Virus record (IMG/VR): IMGVR_UViG_3300010379_000002
Reading direction: 5' to 3' (one strand)
From: an uncultured virus (IMG/VR IMGVR_UViG_3300010379_000002)
Taxonomy: Duplodnaviria; Heunggongvirae; Uroviricota; Caudoviricetes
DNA: 64,000 nucleotides
Translations under genes and position numbers: made by a program
Part shown: positions 10,630 to 20,326 of the stretch, piece after piece
Numbering within the stretch: position 1 is the first letter of the stretch
Layout: each line of letters opens with the position of its first letter
Notes under the pieces: model-generated
Told to the model about the DNA's origin: nothing
Database searches by the model: none
Seen by the model: the letters and a program-made list of their open reading frames with translations, nothing else

Positions 10630-12099
10630 TTATACATTAGTCGCCTCTAACATTTTGCGCAGGCCGTGACCAGTCACCGCATCGGCAAGCGAGATATTCC
10701 CATCTATGATCTGCCAAAGCCGATCATCCACTGTGCCAAAATGCCGCACCCTCACGATGGCGACGCTTTTGCCGCCTTTAATCGTGGCGCGCTCCTCGGC
10801 TTGCGCCATCATCCGGGCGTTCGGGTTCGCTGACATAAAAATGACTGCATCTGCCGTTGAGAAGTCTAAGCCCTCTCCGCCGCAGTCCGGCGTCCCGATC
10901 ATCACGCTATTGTCGGAGGGCTTCAAGAAGATGGCTCGGTTCGCCTCCCGCTGAGTGGTCGTAAAGTCACCCCAATACTCAAGCACGTGCTCGCCGCGCT
11001 TCCGCAGCTTGGCGGCGAGCCGCCGACACTCCTCTTTGTAGCGGCACCACACAAGCGACTTGCCGGGCAGTGTGCCGTCGATTTCGTCGATCACCGCGTC
11101 GTAGATCGGAGCGTCGGAGTCTATGGTCCGTATCACTTTGGACTTGGTGTCCATGATGAAGCCGCTGAGGATTTGCTGCAACTTCATCATCCTTGGACCA
11201 GCATCCTTGACCGCGACGTTGGTGTCCTCCACTTCGGCAAGATGGTCGGCTACCATTTGCAGGTACGCTTTGCGCTGCACTTCTCCCATGACGACCGGGC
11301 GCTCGGTGCGGATCAGTTCGGGCATATCGCCAAGCTCGGAGCGAAGCACGAGGCTCGACCATTTGGCGATTTCTCTCGTTAGCTGGTCGAGATTCAGGTA
11401 TCGCTTGACTTTTTCACGTTGACGAAAGCCGGGCTTGCCGATTGGCTGGAACTCAGCAAATTGTTTTTTGAAAGCCTTGAGCGTTCCGTAGCCGAGCGCG
11501 CCGGGCGCCAGCAACTCATACTGACTGAACGCGCGGAGCGGTCCGGTAAGGATCGGCGTGCCACTCTCAGTGCGCACCGCGTTGGCGTGATATGAGAGAT
11601 TGCGCGCTCGGCGAGTGCGCTTAGCGTCCGGGTGTCCGAAGTGGTGAGCCTCGGAGACGATCAGCATGTAGCGGTGGTGGCAAGACCGCAGGAATTGCTT
11701 GATGGCGACCTTGCAGTCGTCGTGAGTCAACGCCTCCATATTGATGCAGAACCACCGCAGCGTCTCGGCGCGAGGCACGATGAATTCAGTCCACCGTTGC
11801 TGTTGTGCCGGAGCGAACCGCTGCGGGGTAGACCACGCAAACGTGCGATGCCGGTACTTGGTCCAAGCCCAGGTCGGGATTTCGTTGCGCGCGTAATTCA
11901 GGTGCACGCCGTTCGGCGCGATGACGATGACGCCCTCAACATCGCCCTTGCCGAACCGATAGCAGGCGACATCAATGACGCCCCGTGACTTGCCTGAGCG
12001 CATAGGCCAGATGTACGCTCGGCTGCGCCGGTCTCGGTGCTCGTCAAACTCTTTTTGCTGATGCGCCCAACGCGGTGAGCTTGCTTTATTAGGAGCCAT
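10630..12099 (-). CDS. SNF2-like SF2 helicase with altered motifs
   Basis: MRSGKS (motif I), IVSEAHH (II), SGTP (III), KLQQI, GGEGLD (V), QAEERA (VI). Confidence 0.85.
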   Translation of the reverse strand: MAPNKASSPRWAHQQKEFDEHRDRRSRAYIWPMRSGKSRGVIDVACYRFGKGDVEGVIVIAPNGVHLNYARNEIPTWAWTKYRHRTFAWSTPQRFAPAQQQRWTEFIVPRAETLRWFCINMEALTHDDCKVAIKQFLRSCHHRYMLIVSEAHHFGHPDAKRTRRARNLSYHANAVRTESGTPILTGPLRAFSQYELLAPGALGYGTLKAFKKQFAEFQPIGKPGFRQREKVKRYLNLDQLTREIAKWSSLVLRSELGDMPELIRTERPVVMGEVQRKAYLQMVADHLAEVEDTNVAVKDAGPRMMKLQQILSGFIMDTKSKVIRTIDSDAPIYDAVIDEIDGTLPGKSLVWCRYKEECRRLAAKLRKRGEHVLEYWGDFTTTQREANRAIFLKPSDNSVMIGTPDCGGEGLDFSTADAVIFMSANPNARMMAQAEERATIKGGKSVAIVRVRHFGTVDDRLWQIIDGNISLADAVTGHGLRKMLEATNV

Positions 12100-12105
12100 A
12101 TAGAG

Positions 12106-12585
12106 TTAACCATCAGTTACGAGACTCGGCAATGGGATCGGCCGCCGTGACTTTGGCAACGGACGCTGAATCTTGCCGCTTTCGACGCCGCGCCAGTATT
12201 TCCACCAAATCAACAGTTGATCCGTGTCCTCGACCCGGCCGCTCCATACTGCATCGGTGGTTTGGGCGTCAAACATCGGCAACAAGTCGCGCACGCGCGC
12301 GTCGCTTATGACCAAATCAGCTTCCGGCACCGGGAGCGGTTCATAAACAAAATCATCGACCGCCAAGAACGGATAACGTTCAAGCTCGTTCTGAGTGCGT
12401 TTGGTCTGTTTGCGTTCTTCCCACTCGGGGGTCGCGCGAACGTGCTCGACGCGCTCACGCTTTCCACTTTCTCCCCAATTAAGAGTCTGAGCCGGGCCAA
12501 TCTGCTTATGGATGCGGCGCCACTCGTTTCGTTTGAACTCGGCATCCGTGCGTCGGCGCCGCTCTTTATCGGCGCTACTTAACAT
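12106..12585 (-). CDS. Hypothetical protein
   Basis: 159-aa ORF tightly packed between ALDH and the helicase. Confidence 0.6.
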   Translation of the reverse strand: MLSSADKERRRRTDAEFKRNEWRRIHKQIGPAQTLNWGESGKRERVEHVRATPEWEERKQTKRTQNELERYPFLAVDDFVYEPLPVPEADLVISDARVRDLLPMFDAQTTDAVWSGRVEDTDQLLIWWKYWRGVESGKIQRPLPKSRRPIPLPSLVTDG

Positions 12586-14062
12586 CGAACTTTACGCCTT
12601 GTGCAAGTGGCAACTGTGTCCCAAAATTGATCGTATTGGTAGCTCGGCGCATGTACGCCTTCCAGGCATCGGAGCCAGCTTCGCGCCCGCCGCCGGTTTC
12701 CTTCTCGCCGCCGAAAGCACCGCCAATCTCGGCGCCCGAAGGTCCGATGTTCACGTTGGCGATGCCGCAGTCGGAACCCGCGATAAACCGCTCCGCCTCG
12801 CGCATGTCAAGCGTGAAGATCGAGGAGCTAAGACCCGAACTCACAGCATTGTTCATTCGGATTGCTTCGTCAAGATCGGAGTAGCGCATCACATACAGGA
12901 TCGGCGCGAAAGTCTCCCGCAACACCGGACCGACCTGTGCAGGCATTTCGCACAGCGCCGGGCGCACATAGTAACCGGCATTGGGTCCGCGCACGCCACC
13001 AAGGATAAAGCTACAACCGGCTGCGTTCGCCTCATAGAGTGCCTGCCACATGGCGGTGTAGGCGTGCCCGTCAATGAGCGGTCCGACCAGTGTCCCGGCG
13101 TCGCGTGGGTCCCCTACCGTGATCGTCGCATACACTGCGACAAGTCGCCGCATGAGTTCGTCATAGATGCTATCGTGCACGATCAGGCGCCGCAGCGTCG
13201 TGCAACGTTGACCGGCGGTGCCCATGGCGGCGAAGGCGGCGGCGCGCACAGTCATATCCAAGTCGGCGGACGGCGCCACGATGGCGGCATTATTGCCACC
13301 TAGTTCGAGGATGGCGCGGGCAAACCGAGCGGCAAGTTGTGGAACAATCTCACGCCCCATGGCGGTCGATCCCGTCGCCGACACGACCGCGATACGGGGA
13401 TCAGTGATGAGTTTGCGACCAACAACGCCGATCAAGAGCGATGAAAGACCGGCGGGTGCATCGCCAAACCGCCGCATCGCGCGTTCGAGGATGGCTTGCG
13501 TCGCCAGTGCGGTGAGTGGGGTCTTGGTCGAGGGCTTCCAGATAATCGGATCGCCGCAGACGAGGGCGAGTGCCGCGTTCCAAGCCCACACTGCAACCGG
13601 GAAGTTGAACGCGGAGATAATGCCGCATACGCCGAGCGGATGCCACGTCTCCATCATTCGGTGCTTAGGTCGCTCGGTCGCAATGGTGAGACCATAGAGT
13701 TGTCGCGACAGTCCGACCGCGAAGTCGCAAATGTCGATCATTTCCTGGACTTCGCCGAGACCTTCCGAAATGATTTTGCCGGTTTCCAGCGTCACGAGGC
13801 GTCCCAGGTCGGCTTTCGCGGCTCGTAATTCATTCCCGAGCAGACGAACTAACTCGCCGCGTCGGGGTGCCGGCACCGCACGCCACACTGCGAATGCGCG
13901 GACGGCTTGATCCATGATGGCGTCAGCTTCGGTCACCGACGTAGGCTCGACATGGGCAATAATTTCGCCTGTGATCGGAGAAACGACTTCGTGACCTTCG
14001 CCGCTCAACGTGCCTGTGAGGAGGCGGTCAAGAATGCCTTGGACTTCGAGGCGCACAGTCAT
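12575..14062 (-). CDS. Aldehyde dehydrogenase family 7 (aminoadipate-semialdehyde/P6C dehydrogenase, AmaB/Pcd-like)
   Basis: GEVQEMIDICDFAVGLSRQLYG, SAFNFP, ELGGNNA, GQRCT (catalytic Cys), GAEIGGAFGGEKETGGGRE, C-terminal LPLAQG. Confidence 0.92.
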   Translation of the reverse strand: MTVRLEVQGILDRLLTGTLSGEGHEVVSPITGEIIAHVEPTSVTEADAIMDQAVRAFAVWRAVPAPRRGELVRLLGNELRAAKADLGRLVTLETGKIISEGLGEVQEMIDICDFAVGLSRQLYGLTIATERPKHRMMETWHPLGVCGIISAFNFPVAVWAWNAALALVCGDPIIWKPSTKTPLTALATQAILERAMRRFGDAPAGLSSLLIGVVGRKLITDPRIAVVSATGSTAMGREIVPQLAARFARAILELGGNNAAIVAPSADLDMTVRAAAFAAMGTAGQRCTTLRRLIVHDSIYDELMRRLVAVYATITVGDPRDAGTLVGPLIDGHAYTAMWQALYEANAAGCSFILGGVRGPNAGYYVRPALCEMPAQVGPVLRETFAPILYVMRYSDLDEAIRMNNAVSSGLSSSIFTLDMREAERFIAGSDCGIANVNIGPSGAEIGGAFGGEKETGGGREAGSDAWKAYMRRATNTINFGTQLPLAQGVKFDVK

Positions 14063-14376
14063 GTATCACTCTCCGGCGTAGCGGGCGTTGCGTTCCTTAA
14101 TCCGCTCGCGCTCGCGCTCTTGCCGGTTCCATTCGGTGTGGGCGGACTCCGCCGCTTCGGCGCATTCCGGGCAGTGATAGGTCCATTTGCCGCCGGTACG
14201 CTTGAATGACCGCCAGCCGAGCACCTGAGCCGCCGTCCAGCACGCCGTAAAGTCGCTGGCATGTTCGGGCACCTTTTTGAGATTGCGCTCCGAGCCAGGA
14301 CTGAAATGATGCTCGTGCTGGCATTCCAAAGTGTCACAATAGAAAACGATGCGGTTAACGTCAGGTTGATCCCAAC

Positions 14377-15330
14377 TCATTGTACTGCCTCTGTTTCGCC
14401 CGATCCGATCATGACTTCTTCGATGCCGGGCGTAGCAAGCTCGAAGGTCCCGTGTATCCATTTCCATGCCGGGCGCGGGAACGAGCCAGCCGCCGTGTCG
14501 CGCACCATCATGCCGTTCGGCGAGCGCAACGCCACGCGCCCCACGCCACCCCGCAAATCAACCTCCGCTAAGTCGGTGATTATCTTCGGCTCAACTTCGC
14601 CCTTTTGCGCGATGTCACTGCCTCCGGTTCGGAACGGGAACTCTTTGAATGTCGAATGCGTCGGCACGCCCCACCCACTGCGCAGGTATTGATGCTTGCC
14701 GAAAATCATCTTTGAGAAGTTCGCGTAGCGCATGAGAAATTGCTGCTCGGAGACGGCCGGCGACCATGGCTCGATCCGGATACCGAGCGGCTCAAGCGCA
14801 TGACCCCAATCGAGACCGCTATCGCTCATAAGCTGCGCGCGCTCATCTATGATGATTCGCGAGTCGAGTTCATCCTGCCATTCCGGGATCGGGATGTCGC
14901 CAAAGCCGTACCAGGAGCGAATGACCTGAGTGATTGCCTTGTCCCATTTGCGGTACTCGGGCATGTATTGCTTGACCGGGCGCGGGATGTCCACAAGGTA
15001 GGCTTCGGCTGCGTCGTGCATCAAAATTTGCAGGCAGTCGTGCGGGGTGCCTTTTCGGACCTTCTCGACATAGTTCGCGAGCAGGCAACAATGCTGCGCT
15101 GTGTTGTACTGCGGCGATGTCGATCCGGAGTAGCGGTTTTGACCGCTCAGATTGTGCGCGATGTCGATAATGGAGATAAGCTCCGGCCTCGGGTGGAGCG
15201 GCCAGAAAGGTCGCCCCGTGTAGGTCTCGATAAACTCCGCCGCCTTGTACTCGGTCTCGTGGGGGTCTTTCGGCGCGGGTGGCGCTAGGCCGAACCGCAT
15301 GTCGCCGATACTTCCGCTAACCAAAACCAT
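14377..15330 (-). CDS. HD-domain 5'-deoxynucleotidase (YfbR-like) with C-terminal extension
   Basis: DIAHNLS..NRY.G, AQHC, LMHDAAEAYLVDIPRPVK. Confidence 0.85.
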   Translation of the reverse strand: MVLVSGSIGDMRFGLAPPAPKDPHETEYKAAEFIETYTGRPFWPLHPRPELISIIDIAHNLSGQNRYSGSTSPQYNTAQHCCLLANYVEKVRKGTPHDCLQILMHDAAEAYLVDIPRPVKQYMPEYRKWDKAITQVIRSWYGFGDIPIPEWQDELDSRIIIDERAQLMSDSGLDWGHALEPLGIRIEPWSPAVSEQQFLMRYANFSKMIFGKHQYLRSGWGVPTHSTFKEFPFRTGGSDIAQKGEVEPKIITDLAEVDLRGGVGRVALRSPNGMMVRDTAAGSFPRPAWKWIHGTFELATPGIEEVMIGSGETEAVQ

Positions 15331-15674
15331 TCATTTGATCCCTTCGAGTTTGTCGTAGTTCCCCATCAAGTGCATCGCTACGTCGTAGATTTCTTCGCAT
15401 TGCAGGATCATGTAGCCGAGCGGGTCCTTCTGACCGGGATTCTTGTAGAGGGTGAGCCGCAGTTTCTTTTCTTCTTCAATAGTCGCTGTCGAATATGAGA
15501 CCGCTTCTAACTCCGGGTCCTCTAGCGGATTTTTCGCCCGCTGTCGAGTGGTTGTGGCTCGGAGAACGTCCACAGCATCCAGCATAGTCGCCCGTCGTAG
15601 ACTCGACGGTTCATCCTCAGCGGCAAACTTGCTGAGCAATTCGATTAACAGGTGCGTACCCGGCTGTGATTGGG

Positions 15675-18600
15675 TCATTTGCGCAGCCGTGGGCCTATCC
15701 AGCCCTCCGCCTCTATTGGCATCCCCGGCGCCCATATTGGAACCTCGCTCATGATAGACTCAAACTCGGAAACCTTCATGGTTCCGATGGGGGCTTCCGC
15801 GATAACCTCGTCGTGAATACTCAAGAGTAAATCGAACCGCTCGTCTTGGTCAACCCTATACATCGCTTCGGCGAGAAGGTCCCGGCTCGACGCTTGGTCG
15901 GCGTTTTCAGTGAGCGACCCACCGTGCGTTCCGAGCCTTTTCCACTCTTTCGTGACGATGTGGCGCCCCATGAACGACAGGTGGGGCGACAGGAAGGTTT
16001 CGGGTTGTTCGCCATTCAGGGTCTTGCGTTGACGCTCGGCAATCTGCTCGGCGTGGCGCTTGACCCGGCTCATGGGGACGCCGATCTTCGACTGGAACGT
16101 CACCAAGCACGGTGTTCCACGCTCATTCTTCGCCATGTAGCGATAATTGATCCGTTCGTGGACTTCGGGATCAAGATATGCAAGCAGACGACCGCTCGGC
16201 AACCGACAATGTAAGAAGCGCCCGTTGACAAAGTAAGAGACTTGGCCGGGACCGGGAATAGCAACGTGCTCGTCGCCCTCTTGCACCGCTGCGATGGCGG
16301 CGCGTTCGATTGCTTTCCACAGCACCGGCATTTCGGGACATTGCTTCTTACGGTAGATTTGAACGACCTTCTTGCAGAATGCATCGTCGAGCCAAATACC
16401 TTCCTCGTTCCAGACGGTAAGTTGGAACTTCTCCCATCCCATATTGTACCCGAGGCCCAAAACCGAATTATGAACAATTAGAGGTCCAACATCTGTTATA
16501 ATAGTGAAACGGCGCCTAGGACCGGCATTTGCAATGTCGTAGACACGCTTCAAGATACGCGATCCGTCTGCGCAAGTCTGCAACCGTTGGACGGTTTGCC
16601 ATATTTTGTTTTTTAGTTGTGAAATGCAAATTCCCTGGTTGATAGCCTCGGTCATTGTTTTTACGATCAAGTTCGAGAATGGAGTTGTCCCACCCCGGTA
16701 GCGTGACCAAATACCTGAGAAATTTTCGTCTATCCTTAAGCCAAGCGGGCCAGACTTTGATCCCCCGCTTTCCGTAGTGCTCCCATGCCGGGTTGCCAGA
16801 ACTTGAACATCGTCCAATGCAAGCTGAAATCCTGTTAAGGAGCCGAACCCGATGAGCGTCGTTGGGCACGATGTCAGCATACCCCCAAAAATGCTTTCTC
16901 CAATGCCCCGCAGCTTTTTTAGCGCATTTATTACATCGAGTCGAACGTCCGGCACGCAGGTTTGGAAAATAGACCAAATGAAACGGAGCGCCGCATGAAC
17001 ATGAGGCGACCGCGCCGACAACCCCGCCACGGATTCCGTATGCGTACCCCCGGATGGTAAGTTCCCCGAAGCGTACGCCAATGCTCGGAGGCTTATATTT
17101 TCGTCTTGTGCCAGCGATTCCCAATGATACCAATTTCCCCCACCGGACACCGGGTGCTCCGGGGTTGCCCATGTTCCTCCGAACAAACAAACCTCTCTTA
17201 CGCCCCGATCTACTAGACCGTCGTGTGTTACCCATTCTTTACCATCCCATAGCCGATCACTAGCGAGAACTTCGACTATAGGCATAATACCCCGATCCGT
17301 CAATACTCTAGTGTCGGCGGCGAAGCATTTTTTACCTAGTTGCCTCTCCATCTTGTCAGCCTTTGTTATTTCTCGACCGTATATGGCACTTGCCATCGCG
17401 AGATACGGATCGCCCTTATTTCGGAACAAGTCGAGTTGCGATGTACAATTAGCCATCCATGCGAGCTTGCGCGCTTCGATGGCTTTGAAGTCGGCTGCAT
17501 ACAGTTCCTTGCCGTCGCTGGCGATCAATGCCCCGCGACACGCCTTCGCGAGAGCCGGCAGCGGCGCGCCCTCGATCAACGTAATGAAGTCCAGGTCGAG
17601 GTCGCCTAATTCGTCTCGGGTGAGCAGGGTTTCCCACACACTCGGTTTTTCGCCGCGCTCGGGATCATCTTTGTCGGCGAGGGTGTACTCCCCCATTTCT
17701 TTCATGTAGCCACGCACGAAGTTATGGGGCTGGACGCCTTGCCCCGACCAGCGGCCTGTGCGGTCGGCACCGTTATAGAGCATGATGTCGTGCAGCCGAC
17801 CATCTGGACACACGGAATCTCTCATGGTCTTGAACTTGGCGACTGACGACCGGTTGACTTCGAGGCAGATTTCCATTGCCTTCTTAAGCGTAGCACCTAT
17901 AGTTCCTCGGCTCTGCCAGAGCTTGTCCATTTCGGGCTTGCGCGCAACCTTAGCTTCCTCGGCGGCTTTCGTAGGGACACCATGTAAAGCGAAACTGAGC
18001 GTGTCGGCTCGCGTGTCGGCGAGCGGTTCCATTGCGCTGTCTACCAGCGCGCGAGACTTGCTCGGCTGAGTTGTTTTATTAAGTTCGGCTACTTGTTCAT
18101 TCGCCCAGGCACGGAACGCGATTCGTTTGGAGCCTCCGAGCACTCGACCGCCGGTCAGGTCTTGCATTTCGCCGTCTAGCCGCACGACTTCGCGTCGGCA
18201 TAACTCGATAGCATCTTCGGCGGCGGCTTTGTCGAGCTTGATCCCGCGCATGTTCATGCGGAAGTCCATCCGCCAGTATTCAAGCTCGCGCTCGGTCATT
18301 TCCGGGCAGAAGTCGGACAGCGCACGTTCGGTGCGCACATCCTGCGCGCAGTAATTCCAGTTGCGGCGATGCTCAATTTCTTCCTCGCACCAAGTCAGTT
18401 CGGTTGAGGGCACCACGCCTTTCTTCTTGCGCGGCTTCATCGGTTTCGAGAGCTTGTTGATTAACCGGGAGCCATCCACATCTTTACGTTCGGTCAAGCC
18501 GATGTCGTTCGCCGCGTCGCCCAACTTGCGGCGCAGCGAGAGGCACGACGCCTTCGCGGCGGAGCAGCGCATCTGCTCCACTTGCAGCGGCACATCAAAC

Positions 18601-18902
18601 AACTCGGGAAACTCGCGCATGAGCACGAAGTTCCAGATGACGTATTCGAACTTGGCGTTGTGCGCTTCGACAAGCTCGCCGCCCTTGATGCGCTCGATCA
18701 GTTCGTCGGGGCGCTCGCTTCGCTCGGTCCAGCAAACGCCCTTGTCCTCATGGCGTCGGTGCCACAGATGGACTTCCTCGTCGTGATTGTAAGCCCAACA
18801 CATGCAGAGGACAGCCGTGGAGGCGTCCCACGCATAGCGGCACGCCCCGAGCTTCGTCAGATCAACAGGAGAACGAGTCTCGAAGTCCAGATACACGGTC
18901 AT
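15675..18902 (-). CDS. polA: Family A DNA polymerase with 3'-5' exonuclease, intein-containing (1075-aa precursor, ~788 aa spliced)
   Basis: Exo I LDFET, AHNAKFE; TGRWSG..VQPHN; motif A ADFKAIEAR; motif B RQLGKK|SVLGLGY split by the intein; motif C IHDE. Confidence 0.95.
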   Translation of the reverse strand: MTVYLDFETRSPVDLTKLGACRYAWDASTAVLCMCWAYNHDEEVHLWHRRHEDKGVCWTERSERPDELIERIKGGELVEAHNAKFEYVIWNFVLMREFPELFDVPLQVEQMRCSAAKASCLSLRRKLGDAANDIGLTERKDVDGSRLINKLSKPMKPRKKKGVVPSTELTWCEEEIEHRRNWNYCAQDVRTERALSDFCPEMTERELEYWRMDFRMNMRGIKLDKAAAEDAIELCRREVVRLDGEMQDLTGGRVLGGSKRIAFRAWANEQVAELNKTTQPSKSRALVDSAMEPLADTRADTLSFALHGVPTKAAEEAKVARKPEMDKLWQSRGTIGATLKKAMEICLEVNRSSVAKFKTMRDSVCPDGRLHDIMLYNGADRTGRWSGQGVQPHNFVRGYMKEMGEYTLADKDDPERGEKPSVWETLLTRDELGDLDLDFITLIEGAPLPALAKACRGALIASDGKELYAADFKAIEARKLAWMANCTSQLDLFRNKGDPYLAMASAIYGREITKADKMERQLGKKCFAADTRVLTDRGIMPIVEVLASDRLWDGKEWVTHDGLVDRGVREVCLFGGTWATPEHPVSGGGNWYHWESLAQDENISLRALAYASGNLPSGGTHTESVAGLSARSPHVHAALRFIWSIFQTCVPDVRLDVINALKKLRGIGESIFGGMLTSCPTTLIGFGSLTGFQLALDDVQVLATRHGSTTESGGSKSGPLGLRIDENFSGIWSRYRGGTTPFSNLIVKTMTEAINQGICISQLKNKIWQTVQRLQTCADGSRILKRVYDIANAGPRRRFTIITDVGPLIVHNSVLGLGYNMGWEKFQLTVWNEEGIWLDDAFCKKVVQIYRKKQCPEMPVLWKAIERAAIAAVQEGDEHVAIPGPGQVSYFVNGRFLHCRLPSGRLLAYLDPEVHERINYRYMAKNERGTPCLVTFQSKIGVPMSRVKRHAEQIAERQRKTLNGEQPETFLSPHLSFMGRHIVTKEWKRLGTHGGSLTENADQASSRDLLAEAMYRVDQDERFDLLLSIHDEVIAEAPIGTMKVSEFESIMSEVPIWAPGMPIEAEGWIGPRLRK
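16467..17327 (-). mobile_element. Intein (287 aa) in polymerase motif B
   Basis: Block A CFAADTRVLTDRG (Cys526), block B ATPEHP, block F VYDI, block G IVHN followed by extein Ser. Confidence 0.93.
16516..17235 (-). CDS. HNH homing endonuclease encoded out of frame inside the intein
   Basis: G.RFGELT, CSCG, STRCNKC, RC......W.HYGKRGIKV...W, LDRKNNDRGYQPGNLHFTT..QN..N. Lies in the -1 frame relative to the polymerase; alternative start ATG at 17172. Confidence 0.88.
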   Translation of the reverse strand: MGNTRRSSRSGRKRGLFVRRNMGNPGAPGVRWGKLVSLGIAGTRRKYKPPSIGVRFGELTIRGYAYGIRGGVVGAVASCSCGAPFHLVYFPNLRAGRSTRCNKCAKKAAGHWRKHFWGYADIVPNDAHRVRLLNRISACIGRCSSSGNPAWEHYGKRGIKVWPAWLKDRRKFLRYLVTLPGWDNSILELDRKNNDRGYQPGNLHFTTKKQNMANRPTVADLRRRIAYLEACLRHCKCRS

Positions 18903-18942
18903 CTGTACCTCGCCCGATAAGATGTCAATTTTCGACGACCCA

Positions 18943-19368
18943 TCACGCCTTCACTCCTGGGAGCCGTTTAATCCAGTAGCCCCGCCGAGGGGCGAGCACC
19001 CGTTTCATATGCGTGTCATGTACTTCGAACTCGCCGTCATGGGCGATGATCGCGAATGCGTGATCGGCGGTCTCCACCACTATGCGTCCATTGTTCGGAA
19101 GTACGGCGGAGCTTATGAACCGAAATCCAAGCTCAGCCATGTACACCTTGAACCATGGGTATGCTGTGACGATACCGTTCTCGGGACTCGGACGGCGCTT
19201 GCTGTGGCGCACACGGCCGGTCTGGTAGCGGAGCCTGTTGTAGACTTCCCTGTACGGGCGCTCGGCTGCAATGGCGATGGCACGCACCACGCAATCACCT
19301 GCGTCGCCCTCGAAGCCCGCCGCCGCCCGACCACCGTCTGTTTCGACGAATTTCAGATTTTCGCCCAC
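18943..19368 (-). CDS. Phage hypothetical protein (GDCVVRAIAIA)
   Basis: DGGR..AG..G..GDCVVRA motif and a later His; possibly a cysteine-peptidase-like fold. Confidence 0.6.
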   Translation of the reverse strand: MGENLKFVETDGGRAAAGFEGDAGDCVVRAIAIAAERPYREVYNRLRYQTGRVRHSKRRPSPENGIVTAYPWFKVYMAELGFRFISSAVLPNNGRIVVETADHAFAIIAHDGEFEVHDTHMKRVLAPRRGYWIKRLPGVKA

Positions 19369-20069
19369 TCAGCCGCCTCGTGGTAAATTTGCTCGATAGA
19401 CTTCCTGCCGGGTCCGAGGTTCCAAGGTTCGATGCGCGCTCGGTTCGCCCGCATCAGAGGATAAATGGTCCCGTCTTGCAGTGAGCGGTTGACGATGACA
19501 AACGACGGAACCTTCGCAATCTGCGCCGCGCAGTTGAAGCAACTCAGTGTCCCAATAAACTTGCGAGCGCGTTGAGCAACCGCGACATGCAGCCGCAACT
19601 TAGGAGGCAGGTCATCTTGGGTTTCACTGCCAAGCAGTATCGTTCGTATCCGAGCCTCACGCAATGCGGCAAGTAACACACCCCACTTCGCCGGGATTTT
19701 GTGGGGGTGCGATCCGAACATATGGACCGCGACGTAAGGCTCGCGCATGACATCGGCGAGAATGCGCTGTTCGTCGGCGTCGAGCACAATCTCAGGAGCC
19801 GCCCACTTCAAACCCGAGATATGGCTGTGATTGAGTCGCCGAAAGCCGGGGAAGCAGGGAATCGGTCGCGACCTATACACAACGCTATCTATGTGCTGCA
19901 TACCGGCGAACAAATCGACGGAGAACTCGTGATTGCCTGCGACCTGTAGCATGGTCGTGTGATCGCCACGCGATTTCAGGTCGGCAAAGTACCCCAAGTC
20001 GTTGCCCGGCTGTGCCATGCGCAAGAGCATGTCGCCGACGCCGCCATTCAGGGTCGCATAGATGTTCAT
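19353..20069 (-). CDS. GT-B glycosyltransferase, GT9 (heptosyltransferase)-like
   Basis: N-terminal GGVGD, YVAVH, FIGTLS...AAQ..KVPS, typical of GT9-like proteins. Confidence 0.6.
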   Translation of the reverse strand: MNIYATLNGGVGDMLLRMAQPGNDLGYFADLKSRGDHTTMLQVAGNHEFSVDLFAGMQHIDSVVYRSRPIPCFPGFRRLNHSHISGLKWAAPEIVLDADEQRILADVMREPYVAVHMFGSHPHKIPAKWGVLLAALREARIRTILLGSETQDDLPPKLRLHVAVAQRARKFIGTLSCFNCAAQIAKVPSFVIVNRSLQDGTIYPLMRANRARIEPWNLGPGRKSIEQIYHEAAEWAKI

Positions 20070-20326
20070 TACTTTCTCGTCATCGGTATCGAGTCATCGC
20101 GGGGTGGCTTCTTCGTTGGCTCCGGGGGAGCCTCATAAGGTACAACGCGGAGCGTCGGGGCAAGAAACTCAGTGAATGCTTCGCGCAACTCTTGACGCGC
20201 GTCGATCACGTTGATGAATTCTTTGGACGGCGCTGGATGCCCTTGGGCCGCGCAAACTGCGACGGTCAGACTCTCGACGGCCTCGGCGGCACGCTCAATT
20301 TTGAAATTTACAACTGCTTTGCTCAT

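Noticed and set aside
17325..17340. Programmed -1 frameshift at GGT AAA AAA into the intein HNH
   Set aside because: The -1 frame has a TAG stop before the HNH ORF begins.
8012..18902. 2-aminoadenine (Z-genome) pathway from HD hydrolase, MazG-like protein and PolA
   Set aside because: No PurZ gene in the window; these families are common in unmodified phages.
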